From: Octopus vulgaris | Taxonomy: Eukaryota | Assembly (NCBI GenBank): GCA_951406725.2 | Contig: OX597814.1 | Coordinates: 217,000,001 to 217,064,000, forward strand | Length of the DNA: 64,000 nucleotides | Direction: 5' to 3' | Shown: one piece after another, positions 1 to 12,092 of the stretch | Numbering within the stretch: the stretch's first letter is position 1 | How the letters are laid out: each line of letters begins with the position of its first letter | Notes under the pieces: model-generated | What the model was told of the DNA's origin: nothing | Seen by the model: only the letters and a program-made list of their open reading frames with translations | Database searches by the model: none | Program-made: the position numbers and the translations under genes

Positions 1-261
1 CTCTTTTGCTGGCAGATAACTTCACTATTCAGGCGCATTGCTTATTATAGTTTCTGTCCTTTATAGACTACAGTTCTCTTGACTCCTAACCATAAAATGT
101 ATTATTTCATCTATGTAACAAAACTTATATCCATTTATAGTTAACCATATAAGCTTTATGGCTGTTCCATACTATTTGCTATTCCACATCTTTTGCATCT
201 ACAATCTTGCTCTCCTAACAGTCTGTCAGACATTTCACTACATTTTTTCGGTACAAATTGT

Positions 262-1070
262 GACATGCATAAGCTTGCAAGAAATGAAGCTAGTATGCTC
301 CGCTGGATGTGTAATGTCAGTGTGCATACATGACAGAGTGTAAGCACCCCGAGAGAAAAGTTGGACATAAGAAGCATCAGATGTGGTGTGGAAGAGAGAC
401 GACCGTGCTGGTATGGTCATGTGTTGCGTATGGTTGAGGACAGCTGTGTGAAAAAGTGTCACACCCTAGCAGTAGAGGGTACCTGTGGAAGAGGCAGACC
501 CAGGAAGGCATGGGATTAGGTGGTGAAGCATGAATTTCAAACATTGGGCCTCACAGAGCTGATGACAAGTGACCAAGACCTTTGCTGTGCTTGAGAAGAC
601 CTGACAAACCAAGTGAGACCATAACTGTGACTTATGCCAGTGCAGCATAACTGGCCCATTTAAGAGCACCCTTCAATCATTGGGCAATAAACTGTGCTTG
701 TGAAGACCTGTTGAGTCGAGTGATGTCATTGTCATGGCTGATGCCAGTACTGCTTGATTGGCATGTAAAAAGCACCATTCGAGCATGCTCAATGCCCGTG
801 TTGCCTGACTGGCTCACGTGCCAATGGCATGTAAAAAGCTCCATTCAAGCTTGGTTGATGCCAGTACTGCCTGACTGACCCTCATGCTGGTGGCATGTAA
901 AAAGTACCCACTACACTTTTGGGGTTGTTGGCATTAGGAAGGGCATCCAAGTATAGAAACTTTGAGAGATCAGATTGGAGCCTGGTGTAGCCTTCTGGTT
1001 GGCTAGCCCTCCATCAAACTGGCCAACCCATGCCAGCATGGAAAGTAGACATTAAACGATGATGATGATG
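262..1070 (+). mobile_element. RTE-clade LINE 3' fragment (end of ORF, modular 3' UTR, (GAT)n tail)
   Basis: Translates DMHKLARNEASMLRWMCNVSVH...LREKLDIRSIRCGVEERR with stops, the same peptide as ORF 19029..19349. Ends in cccatgccagcatggaaa...(gat)n. Confidence 0.85.
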
Positions 1071-1389
1071 AATAAGGTTGTTAGCACATGTAAATTTCTG
1101 AGGTCTTTCTCTATTAAACTGATCAAAAACTTAAATGAAAAGAGCTGTGAATAGATACTGTCTTAGCTTGTCTAGCTATACTTTAGGTTCTTTACCAAGT
1201 TTGATGTTGATTTTAATTTTACTTTATTCTCAAGTGTGGGTGTATATGATAATCTGTAGATGTAAGTGGATATTTTAAATATTACACTTAAAATAAACTG
1301 CAATATATTTGTGTCTTTCAATAATATTTTCTTTATTAATAACATCATTGCAAATGTTGTTATTAATTATTTTGTTTCTCTTTATTTAG

Positions 1390-1492
1390 AGACCTTGCAA
1401 TGATCTTATGCGATCCTTTTACACTGCACACAATATCTCTTTCTACAGTAAAGGCTCTACAGCATTGTATCAACTTTGAATTGCTTCCACGT
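1390..1492 (+). CDS. NELFB: Negative elongation factor B (COBRA1), internal exon; the gene starts upstream of the window
   Basis: AG at 1388-89, GT at 1493. Encodes DLAMILCDPFTLHTISLSTVKALQHCINFELLPR, resembling human NELF-B DLSMILCDPFAINTLALSTVRHLQELVGQETLPR (recalled). Confidence 0.93.
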
Positions 1493-3976
1493 GTAAGTAG
1501 GTTTCTTTTTTACATTTTACTAGATATTTTGCAACATCTTTAATATGGTTTATTAAAGATAGTTCACAAATTGTTTTTTTAGTTTTCAAAATGGTATTCA
1601 TCAAATTCAAAATCAAGTCGGACTTTTATGATAAATTTGGACTAGTGTAAATGTAACCTCTCACTGCTTAATAACTGTTATCTGCTATTAAGTTTGTATG
1701 GTATGGACTAGAAAGCCCCTGATCACACTTATATTCGAAGAGGATTCTTATTGCTAAAATCTATCATATTTAAACTAGGAATCTGATTATTTTTGGTAAA
1801 ATATTTGTATTGTGAATTAATACAAGTTGAAGTATCAAAACACTTTTTACTTTTAAAAGAGAAAGGGTTGTCTTGTTTGCATCATTTTTTAAAGCTCTTA
1901 TATGAAAATGGTAATTTTTCAAGATATTTTCTTTTACAGACTATTCTATAAAGTGTAATGTTCAAACTAAAACACAATTTCCTCCTCTTTCTTTTAAAAG
2001 TTATGTTTAGAATCTAGCCTTGATGAAAATTTCAGATACATATCTGTACCAAAATTTTAATGGATATTTTTAACTGTTAAGCAGATCTTTTGAGTGTTAC
2101 CACCTGTACCTTAAACTTCTTTGATGGCAGATTTGTAGAACCAGTCAATTCTGTTTTTTTTCATTTGCAAGTACAATTCATGTTTCACTTTTCCTGAAAC
2201 TTTTGTGTGGATAGAAAGATCATTAACAAATAGTTAGATTAATTTTTCTATCATGTATATGATTTGCTTGCATTCAACTGTCAAGCTTATTGCTTTGGCA
2301 TCGTGTTTTAATGTTGTTCACTTCGTCCATTGTACTTGATAATAGCTGCATCAACATATTTTCACTTGATCTTTTGGATATGCTTTTAATTCATAAGTAT
2401 ATAGATATGCTTAACCTAGTAGACTGAAGTGTGCAGAGTATATAGTTTGTATGGAAGGTGAAAGAATTCTAAAGTATCTACTGTATCATTGTCATAATAA
2501 ATGCCCATGTCCCATGCTGGCATGAGCAGGATGGCTTGACATGGTCTGATGTGGCAAACAACTGCATTGTGCTCCAACACCTGCTTTAGCATGGTTTCTA
2601 TTGCTGGATGCCCTTCCTAATGCCAATCATCTTACAATGAGTACTGGTGTCCTTTTTACATGATACCAGCACTAGTGAGGTCTCCATGCATCTTGCACCC
2701 TTCAACTGGGTGGGGCTATAATAGAGAGGGAGGTAGTATTATGCTTGGGGATGAGAGGGTTAAAGTATGAGATAAGGGGCTAGAACAGGTTTCTTGATGC
2801 AGAAGAGCTACATGGCTACTCACATTAGAAGACAGTGTAGGAATGACTGGAGTGAAGCTGGAAAGGGAATAAAATAATGATGTCTCTGGACCTTCAAGAT
2901 ATCAGGTGAACAGAAGTGAGTGGGGACAGACAAACTGTGTGCGTGTGTGGGTAGAGGTTATAAGAATGTATGAGAGTGAGTGATGATTAGCAAAAGGGAA
3001 TGGGTTAGGGGATGAATATATCAAACAAGTGTTGAGAGATGATGTATAGGGAAGGTAGGGGAGATTGACAACTGTAGAAATTGGGTAGGGATGAAGCGAT
3101 AAGGGATGGGGGTAGCTGATTCATAGGAGGTAGGGGAGAATAGGAAATGACTGACAGTGCAGAAAAAGCAGAGATGAAGAGCAGCAGAATAGTAATAATG
3201 GTACAGTAGACAGGAGAAAGATGGAGGAAAAGTGATGATACATGATTGAAGGTGATCAATGTAGAAAGAGGGTGGAGGAGACAGAATTAAGAATGAAGGA
3301 TGGATAACAAGCAAAATGGGTCTGAGTAGTTAGAATGGTAAATGGTATGAAGTTTGCAGTTCTGCTTGTGTTTATTTACAGCAACAGTTGCAATTAGAGA
3401 GGCGAAGAGAGGTGGGAATGTGCAGTTGTGTATATATTATGCTTCCAGAATTTGTTTCATTGAGGTGGGCAGGTCTTCTCAAGAACTGCATGTTGCCTAT
3501 CATCCTGATCCTTTGTCATCTTGGGGGGGTTCAAGGTCTTGAATCAGCCTTCATCACTTTGTCTTCCTGGGTCTCTCTTTTCTGCAAGCTCCATCCACAA
3601 CAAACTGATCAGCATTTCTTTATACAGCTATCCTCATTCATATGTCCAAACTAGTCTTCTTTCTTGCACACCACATCTGATCCTTCTTATATTTAGTTTT
3701 ATCTCTCAACTCATTTGTACTTTTGTCATACATGCTCACTCACACTGCACATCATCAGCTGAATATGCTCACTTTATTTCTTTCTAGTCCTCTTCATTCT
3801 TGGCCCATATCTCAGTGCCATGTAGCATCAAAGTCCTAACACAAGTATCATACAATCTGCTCTTCACTCTGAGGCAAAAGACCTTTGTTGCCAGCAGTGG
3901 TATATCATCATTATCATTTAATGTCTATGTTCCTTACTAACATGGGTTGATGTATATATATATATATGTGTGTGTA

Positions 3977-4016
<40 letters not shown>

Positions 4017-4017
<1 letters not shown>

Positions 4018-4303
4018 CATGTGACCGACCAGGTTATCAGATGTTGCTACACCTTGCTGGTCACAATGCACTTCACATTGTTTTAGCTTCCAAACGACAC
4101 CACCCCGCTGGCTAAGTGAGCAGGCCAACAGAAGAAAGAGTGAGAAAAAGTTGTGGCGAAAGAGTACAGCAGGGATCGCCACCACCCCCTGCCAGAGCCT
4201 CGTGGAGCTTCAGGTGTTTTCGCTCAATAAACTCTCACAACACCTGGTCTGGGAATTGAAACCGCGAGTCCACTGCCCTAACCACTGGGCCATTGCGCCT
4301 CCA
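4017..4303 (-). mobile_element. tRNA-derived SINE
   Basis: Minus strand starts GGAGGCGCAATGGCCCAGTGG (A box)...GGTTTCAATTCCC (B box). It ends in the (TA)n/(TG)n microsatellite at ~3950-4017. Confidence 0.7.
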
Positions 4304-4855
4304 CATATACACACGCACACACATTCATCACCTCCTCCTCTGACTCCTATTTCCTTTACCTTCTGGTATTTTCCATTGACTACATCCGCCCTGTTCTCCA
4401 TTCACTGCATTCAACTTTATCCTCATCTCTAGCCATGTCACTCTCCTTTCACACTCTTGTAAACTTAACTATCCACCTTTCCTGATCCTCTATCCTTGTT
4501 CTTTCTTATATTCACTTTCATGTGCCTTGAGGATATGTCCTGACACTTCATCACTACTATCTTTCCTTTCCTTTCCTTCTGGAGTATCTATTTATCTCCT
4601 CTACAGCAAGACACCTGTTTCTATCCTCTCTTTAAGCCACCTCCTTTATTTCAGCCTTCCTCACTGAATTAAGGTGTCTTTTCTTGAGACCTCACTAATG
4701 CTGGTGCCACAAAAAAAGCACCCAATATATTCTGTCAAGTAGTTGGTGTTAGGAAGGGCACCAAGTGATTGGAACATACTGTAGTCCTCAGGCCTGTTAG
4801 ATTCTTTTGAATTGTTCAACCCATGCAAGAATGAGTGTTATAAAAAGTTTTTATA

Positions 4856-5378
4856 TCTCTCTCTATATAAACGGCAGTTTGTCTGTCTGTGTGTCTGTCA
4901 GGTTGTACCCTCACCCTGACCACAGCTTTCAACCGATTCTGATGAAACTTGACACACACATAGCCCAATGTCATAATTCAAAACTAACGCAGCAAAAACT
5001 TTGAAAAGTTTCCCCAGTTCTGAAAAAAAATTGATAAATTCGACATGGGGTCGAGAATCTAAGCTTTTTATATGCAACACATTTTCTGTTGTAGTTTTCG
5101 CAACTTGCAATCGATTTTCACCAAACTCATGGTGAAGCTTAATGTTACCCTAAGAAACTTAATTCTGACGTTAGTTTTCCATGCAATACCTTACCATCAG
5201 AAAAAAATCGATAAAATCATGCCATTTTGGGAAATCGCGTTCAAATTCAAGATGACATATTTTCTACAATATCTTTCACAAATTGGCAGGATTTTTAGAG
5301 GGAAAGGACTAGATTGGGATTAGTCGTTGCCTACTAGGGGCTCTTACATACCCGGGTAACCCCGGGCTATGCTGCTAG
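4856..5378 (+). mobile_element. Non-autonomous Helitron-like element
   Basis: 5' TC after A, a short GTCT microsatellite, subterminal hairpin cccggg-taac-cccggg, and 3' CTAG followed by T. Confidence 0.75.
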
Positions 5379-5573
5379 TTATTGATAAAAGACTATTTTT
5401 CCCTTAGTTAGCAGTTTGTATTTATGGTTTTGTACAACTTAAACCATTTATGTTGCCCCCTTTTCTAGTCATTGCTCTGCATTCTCAGTTATAAATCACT
5501 TACTGCATTCAGTCCTTTCTCTTTTTGGTTTATACGCACGTGTGTATTTTACAAACTGTATTTTCTCTTGCAG

Positions 5574-5669
5574 GATAACCATGATCTTATTTTACTTGTG
5601 AGATTAATGGCTCTTGGATTTGCAGCTTGGGATATGATTGACAGTCAAGTATTTAAGGAACCTAAGTTG
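5574..5669 (+). CDS. NELFB: NELF-B internal exon (96 nt, phase 0-0)
   Basis: cag|GAT...TTG|gtatga. Encodes DNHDLILLVRLMALGFAAWDMIDSQVFKEPKL, with the conserved AWDMIDSQVFKEPK motif. Confidence 0.95.
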
Positions 5670-5770
5670 GTATGAACTGAGTTTTTATTTTTAAAAAATG
5701 TTTATTTTTACTTCAGATGTTTGTGTCTGGTTAACATTTAATCTTGATGCTCCTTTAAGATTATTTACTA

Positions 5771-6148
5771 CTAGCAGTATCGCCCGGCGTTGCTCGGGTT
5801 TGTAAGGGAAAAATAGCTATAAAGCATTTTTAGAGAGTTATAGCCAAAAGATAGCAAAAAAATGGGGAAAAAATGATGGTAAAGTTTTTGGGGGAGTTAA
5901 AAAGGTCGAGTTGCGTCCCCTAGACAGTCTGTGGTTTGTGTTTCTGATTCTCGACCCCATGTCGAATTTATCGATTTTTTTCAGAACTGGGGGAACTTTT
6001 CAAAATTTTCTCTGCATTAGTTTTGAATTATGACATTGGGCTATGTGTGTGTCAAGTTTCATCAGAATCGGTTGAAAGCCGTGGTCAGGGTGAGGGTACA
6101 ACCTAACAGACACGCAGACAGACAAACTGCTGTTTATATAGAGAGAGA
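5771..6148 (-). mobile_element. Non-autonomous Helitron-like element, inverted relative to 4856-5378
   Basis: The minus-strand 5' ~205 bp is nearly identical to 4856-5059. 3' end has a GC hairpin (cccgagcaacgccggg) and CTAG. Confidence 0.75.
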
Positions 6149-6517
6149 TAATTGCATGTCACTTTATTGACTTGTTAGTTTATTGATCCATTTAACCTTA
6201 AGTTTAACCAGTTCATCGGTTAAAACTGAGAAAATATGATTTTCTTTTGCAAGGTTCCTAAGGGTGATTACCCAACCCTAGCTTCCATTGTATTAAGTGA
6301 ATGTGAAATTAATTTCCACCTGGGTAGATTGCTAGCCTTTCCTGGAAGAACTGAAATCATTGTAACAGACTTTATCAAGATAGGAGGAGATGCCATTCAT
6401 CTGTTATGTGTTAAGTACATCAACCATAGATTCATAAAGTCCAAGTAATGTGATACAATTGATCTCCTTGTCTGGTTGTTTCATACTCTATCAAGTAGGC
6501 TATTCATATTAAAAACC

Positions 6518-6769
6518 GCCGGTGGCACATAAAAAGCACCATCCGTCCGTGGCCGTTTGCCAGCTGCGTCTGGCACCTGTGCGGGTGGCACGTAAAAAGC
6601 ACCCACTACACTCATGGAGTGGTTGGCGTTAGGAAGGGCATCCAGCCGTAGAAACACTGCCAGATCAGACTGGGCCTGGTGCAGCCTTCTGGCTTCACAG
6701 ACCCTAGTTGAACTGTCCAACCCATGCTAGCATGGAAAACGAATGCTAAATGATGATGATGATGATGAT
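6518..6769 (+). mobile_element. RTE 3'-UTR/tail repeat
   Basis: ggtggcacgtaaaaagcacc modules + ggagtggttggcgttaggaagggcatccagc + cccatgctagcatggaaa + (gat)n. Related copies at ~14385-14565(+), 17488-17816(+), 21021-21170(-), 30318-30655(-), 41981-42357(-), 54907-55151(-). Confidence 0.8.
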
Positions 6770-7760
6770 CTTTATTTCTATTTCTCATAAGGTACACACA
6801 CAACAATGACAATTCAAGCATTAACATTTATTTATTCTTAAATTGTTTTGGCAGATTCAAACATGAATATCTGATCGCTGTTGTTGTTTTTTTTAATAAT
6901 TGAAGAACCCCTCCCTTTAAATGGTGTTTATAACACATGTAATTCACCAGTTTAAGGGGACTTTGAGACACCATGACGTTTTGATCTCATTGTGTCTCTC
7001 CAGTGAAAGTCACCCTGTAGTCTGACGAATCTCAAGAGAGCAGGAGTTTTTGCTTATAGGGATCAGTAAACAGTTCATTTGCTGCTGAATGTTGATAGCT
7101 GCCAAACAGATAATAATTCATGGGGCACACACAGGACAACAAGAATCCAAACAATAATCTGGCTATTCATTCTCAATACATTCTAGTAGATTCAAACACG
7201 AATGTCTGATCGGTGTTGGTTTTTTGTCATCAGAGAACACTTCCTCCCACCACATGTATGGGATCTCTCTGGAGACACTGCAGTGTTTCAACCTCATTAT
7301 GTGTCTCCTCAGTGAAAGCATCCCTGCCAGACCAATGAATCTCACAGCATTCATCAGTAAGTAACTTGTTTGCTGATTCCTGTAAAGAATGGTCTAGTGG
7401 GGTAGTGTTTCAAAATCCCCTTACACTGGTGAATCATGTGTATTTGTGAACATTGTCTAAAGCAGTGGTTCTCAACTGAGGTCCATATAAGATTTTGTTA
7501 AAATTTATGTACAATAAATTAGTAATGTCTACAATAGACAAAATATTTAAACAGTTTCTTATACAATTCCTAGTAATATTGAATTATAACCCATGCTAGC
7601 ATGGAAAACGGACGCTAAATGATGATGATGATGATGATGAAAAATATGATTTTTTTTTTAAACAATGGTAAAAAAAAACTGTAAACTTCACTTCAGTTGT
7701 AGTGGAACCAGGTTTCAGCTAGTGCAAGAAAAGTTTATGATAAATAAATAAATAATAATA

Positions 7761-8142
7761 GGTGTAGGAGTGGCTGTGTGGTAAGTAGCTTGCTTCCCAA
7801 CCACATGGTTCCGGCTTCAGTCCCACTGTGTGGCACCTTGGGCAAGTGTCTTCTACTATAGCCTCAGGCCGACCAAAGCCTTGTGAGTGGATTTGGTAGA
7901 CGGAAACTGAAAGAAGCTCGTCGTATATATGTATATGTTTGTGTGTTTGTCCCCCCAACATTGCTTGACAACCACTGCTGGTGTGTTTACGTCTCTGTAA
8001 TTTAGCGGTTCGGCAAAAGAGACCGATAGAATAAGTACCAGGCTTACAAAGAATAAGTCCTGGGGTTGATTTGCTCGACTAAAGTCGGTGCTCCAGCATG
8101 GCCACAGTCAAATGACTGAAACAAATAAAAGGGTAAAAGAGA
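7761..8142 (+). mobile_element. tRNA-derived SINE, near full length
   Basis: GGAGTGGCTGTGTGG (A box-like) ... GGCTTCAGTCCCA (B box-like), internal TA/TG microsatellite and A-rich end. Copies at ~33125-33420, 45523-45775, 49790-49957(-), 51930-52302, 56530-56685. Confidence 0.8.
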
Positions 8143-8249
8143 GAATAAAAATACGTGTTTAAGTCAAGTCTGTATGTTTTCGAATAGCTTCTATGTTTTT
8201 TATACTGTAATTATTTACATTTAATTCAATTTTTTTTTTTTTTTTACAG

Positions 8250-8618
8250 GGGCCTGAAATTTTTAGTAAGTTCCTTCCTTATGTGGTAAATATGCTGGTT
8301 GATGACCAGCTGCGCTCACTTAATGCACGTTTATCAGACGCTCCACCTGTACAAGTTGCCGCTCCTCCTGACCTCTTTTTGACTGTTTTAAAGCTAACAA
8401 ATGTTGGAAGCATGATTGTGATGTACTACACCCTTCAGGTCACCCGACAGAAAGATAAACCTGCTGTCATGTCTATACTACCAGCTTTAACCCATTGTGA
8501 AAGTGACCGAGCTTTTGATGAAACATTCCTGCACACTTTGATTTCTTATCTCATCACTATGAGTGAAGACTTTAGCCAAGAAGACTTTTGTATTGCAACT
8601 TTTGATGAATTTTTAATT
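8250..8618 (+). CDS. NELFB: NELF-B internal exon (369 nt)
   Basis: Poly-T tract, cag| ... |gtgagt. Encodes GPEIFSKFLPYVVNMLVDD...YYTLQVTRQKDK...AFDETFLHTL...EDFCIATFDEFLI. Confidence 0.95.
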
Positions 8619-8717
8619 GTGAGTGAGCAGTCTTGTATTTTGTTGCATTTATAGTAATTTTTTAAGACCTGTTCCATATTGCTTGCATTTAACAGAAATT
8701 TATATCATAACATTTCT

Positions 8718-9312
8718 GGGATCTTTACCTTTTGACCTATGATTTTTTGTAACTAAACACTTTCAAACTTCGGACACAGGTAGAATGTATCATATAAAAC
8801 ATCTTTTACTCTTAGCATTTTTGAGAAAAACTTATATTTATGAAGATATTTCACCTTAAAGTTCTCGTATTTCGGTAATTTCAACCAATCAATGTCGTGT
8901 ATTCAGCTGAATAAAATTACTGCCATTGTTTGTCAACAAGAACTTCCGGCGGTGTAATTTTTGTTTGTCACTGTTATTTATGACAACCCTAACCCCCTAA
9001 CCCTAAAAACCAGTACAAACGCACGAACGATGTCATAAATAACAGTGACAAACGAAATATACACCGCCAATAGTTGTTGTTGACAAACAACGGCAGTAAT
9101 TTTATTCAGCTGAATACACGTCATTGATTGGTTGAAATTACCAAAATACGAGAAATTTAAGGTGAAATATCTTCATAAATATAAGTTTTTCTCAAAAATG
9201 CTCAGAGTAAAAGATGTTTTATATGACACATTCTACCAGTGTCCAAAGTTTGAAAGTGTTTAGTTACAAAAAAATATTTTTTTAAATCTGTAGGTCAAAA
9301 GATAAAGATCTC
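8718..9312. mobile_element. Fold-back (MITE-like) element with ~268-bp inverted arms, a CCCTAA-repeat loop and a 6-bp TSD
   Basis: 8718-8985 is the near reverse complement of 9031-9312. ATTTCT flanks both ends (8712-8717, 9313-9318). Confidence 0.85.
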
Positions 9313-10021
9313 ATTTCTGTTAGGCTTTTGGTTAGCAGAATTGTCAGGATAGCAGACAGAATGAATTCCTTGTGGCATTTAGCTACAATCTTTTACATTG
9401 TGGGTTTAAAATTCCATCGAGGTTGAGTTTATCTTTCCTCCCTCCAGGTTTGATGAAATAAGGTACCAGTTCAAGTGCTGGGGTCAATGTAATTGACTGG
9501 CCTTTTGCATCTATATAAAATTATTATAACATTTGTATTTTTCTCTAGAAATGATACAAATAATGTCACTAAACTTTTAAAAATATTTAGCACCTTCTCT
9601 GTTCAGTACAGTTCAGACAACTTTACCAGTTGTACTATGATGAACTACAATAAGTATCTTGAGACAATGAGGGAGACTATGTGGTCGCTTATCTGCTAGA
9701 AATAGCAGTCAAATCTTATTCAGCATTCCTCATAAATCTTTGTTGGAGCTCATCAAGTGCTTGATTTTGGGACTATCTTAGTTTTTCTGTAATATGAAAG
9801 AACATATTTATTAAATAATTAATATTCACCTTTTATGAATACTTATTAGTTGGTTTTGGGGTTACCCAACTTTTGTTTAATTCTTGTCTATTAACTGGTT
9901 TATGTACAAATGAATTTTATTTGTTGGTGTTACTATTTAGATGAATTGTTTTCAAATTGGACATTCTTTTTTAATGAAGAATCAACTGTAATTTTCTTTC
10001 TTTTTTTTTTTCTTCTATCAG

Positions 10022-10144
10022 CCGGGTATCAAGGTAAAATCCAATATAGTACGTCACATATTACGTCTGTTATGGTACATCTATGCCAGATTGCCTCCAG
10101 CTCGCTTGAAGTCACTTATGGCTGTAGTAGCTTCCAACTGTGAG
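10022..10144 (+). CDS. NELFB: NELF-B internal exon (123 nt)
   Basis: tcag|CCG...GAG|gtaatg. Encodes PGIKVKSNIVRHILRLLWYIYARLPPARLKSLMAVVASNCE (cf. human NVHRHALRLLIHLHPRVAPSKLEAL, recalled). Confidence 0.92.
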
Positions 10145-11972
10145 GTAATGTTTATTTCTCAACTGTTTGTTAAAGAAGGGAACTGCCATTGCTGGTCAAG
10201 TTATTGTGATATCTGCCTACCATCTGTAATATTGGTTGTTTATATCCTGACTGTTTCCTTGTCAAAGATACTTAACTCTCAGTGGACCAGTAGTTTTATT
10301 ATTAATTTGCAAGTATAATAAAATGCATATTAGTTTGGTGTCATTGCAGTCCAATTAAAAAATAAAAATACATTCTAAGTCACTCAACTCTTACACTATA
10401 CATATACTTTTAGCTAAAGGCAATGTAACAAGTCATATCTAGAGTTGGAGATCAGTGAATGAGTATGATTGACTGCTGGATCATATAGATATCTTCTAAC
10501 ATATCTGAGTTTCTCTAAAACTCTACATTATATTGTATTTGTATTCACATAGTGGTTTTTCAGATCATCACCTGTGGTCCTTCTCATCCTGCTCTTTACT
10601 CAAGGGTTCACAACAGGATTCCCATTTACTTATTCATAACTTTAGCTTTGCAGTATCAGATGAAAGTTTTGGAAGAGTCTATTCAAAACCAAAAGAACTG
10701 AATATAACAGCAAAATGCCAAGAAACTAGTTTAAAACAAAATCTACAAAAGTGGGTCTTACTCAGAAGACCCACTTTTGTGATCTTGCCCTGAAAACATT
10801 GAACCTCATAGCATAGATGACTTAATGAGAACAGATGGATTATACATCTAGGGTAAAAAAAAATTACTGTGAGTTGCTGATTGAAGTGACCCATGGGAGT
10901 GAAAATCTAATATAAATCAGGATATAATGATAATCCACCAGCTCTATTTAGGAATAAGTATTTAACTTTTAACCAGTTCAACCATTCCAGATATATATAT
11001 AAAGGTGATCTGTTATTAAAATGTGTTGTGATTTATCTTTATATTTGTTTTGTATAAGCATTTGTAAGCCTCCCTTACTACCACCATTTATGCTATGTAG
11101 TATTATAGGGACTCTCCCCCACATACTAAAAAGTATGTTAAACATTTACATGCAGTTATTTATTTGTCCGCTTTCATTTTCATATGGGTTTGGATGGACC
11201 TTTATGGTCCAAGTCAGTTGGCATTCAGAGTTACTGTTCTTATAGACGTGGTTGAGGACAGTCTCACATGTTGCAGTTTGGGCTTGGTTTCTACAGATTG
11301 ATGCCCTTCCTATCACCTGTCACTATACAGAATGTACTGGGTGCATTTATTGTGACACCAGCCTAGGCAAGCTATCATATCCTCAACAAGGCAAAAGGGT
11401 CATCTTCACTTGTTTGCCAACCACTTTACAAAGTGTATTTGGTGCATTTTAACATGATACTAAGACAAGTTTGATTGTCTTGTACCTCATAAAATTAGTC
11501 CACATTAGTTAAGAGTTTTAAATCAAAGCAGCATAACAGCAAAGGAAGGTAAATATAAGAGTGAAGACCAAAGAAAAATAGGTTGGGAGTAAGTGTATGA
11601 TGATGTGAAAAGTGGTAGAGGAGGAAAGCAAGGGTGATGTTCTGAGTTCAGATCCTGCAAGTCAACTTTGCCTTTTATCCTTCCAGGCTCAGTAAAGTAC
11701 TAGGTTTGATAGTATGGACTAAGTACCCCCTCAAATATAATTGCTGACTTTGTGTCTAAATTAAAACTCATTATTAATTAGGTAACAAACTGATAGATAA
11801 TGAGTATCCGAAAAAAAAAATGCCCTTCATGTATCTAATGTTGCTTAGGTCAGTTTTGCCTTTCATCATCTCAGGGTCAGTAAAACAAAGTACTGGTCAA
11901 GTATTTGGGTTGATAGAATCCACTAACTGTGCCTAAATTAGAAATGATTATTTATTTTTCTGTATTTTTCAG

Positions 11973-12092
11973 AATTGTGAAGCAGCTCATACTGTGTACA
12001 AAATGCTTGAAGAGAGAATTGCAGCTCATCAACCAAGCCCTTCAGAACCAGAGCCACTTGAAGCTCCACTCATTCCAGCACCAGCTCAGTGA
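11973..12092 (+). CDS. NELFB: NELF-B last coding exon
   Basis: tttttcag|AAT... encodes NCEAAHTVYKMLEERIAAHQPSPSEPEPLEAPLIPAPAQ*, a P-rich C-terminus as in human. Candidate polyA signals ATTAAA ~12125 and AATAAA ~12236. Confidence 0.92.
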   Translation, partial: NCEAAHTVYKMLEERIAAHQPSPSEPEPLEAPLIPAPAQ

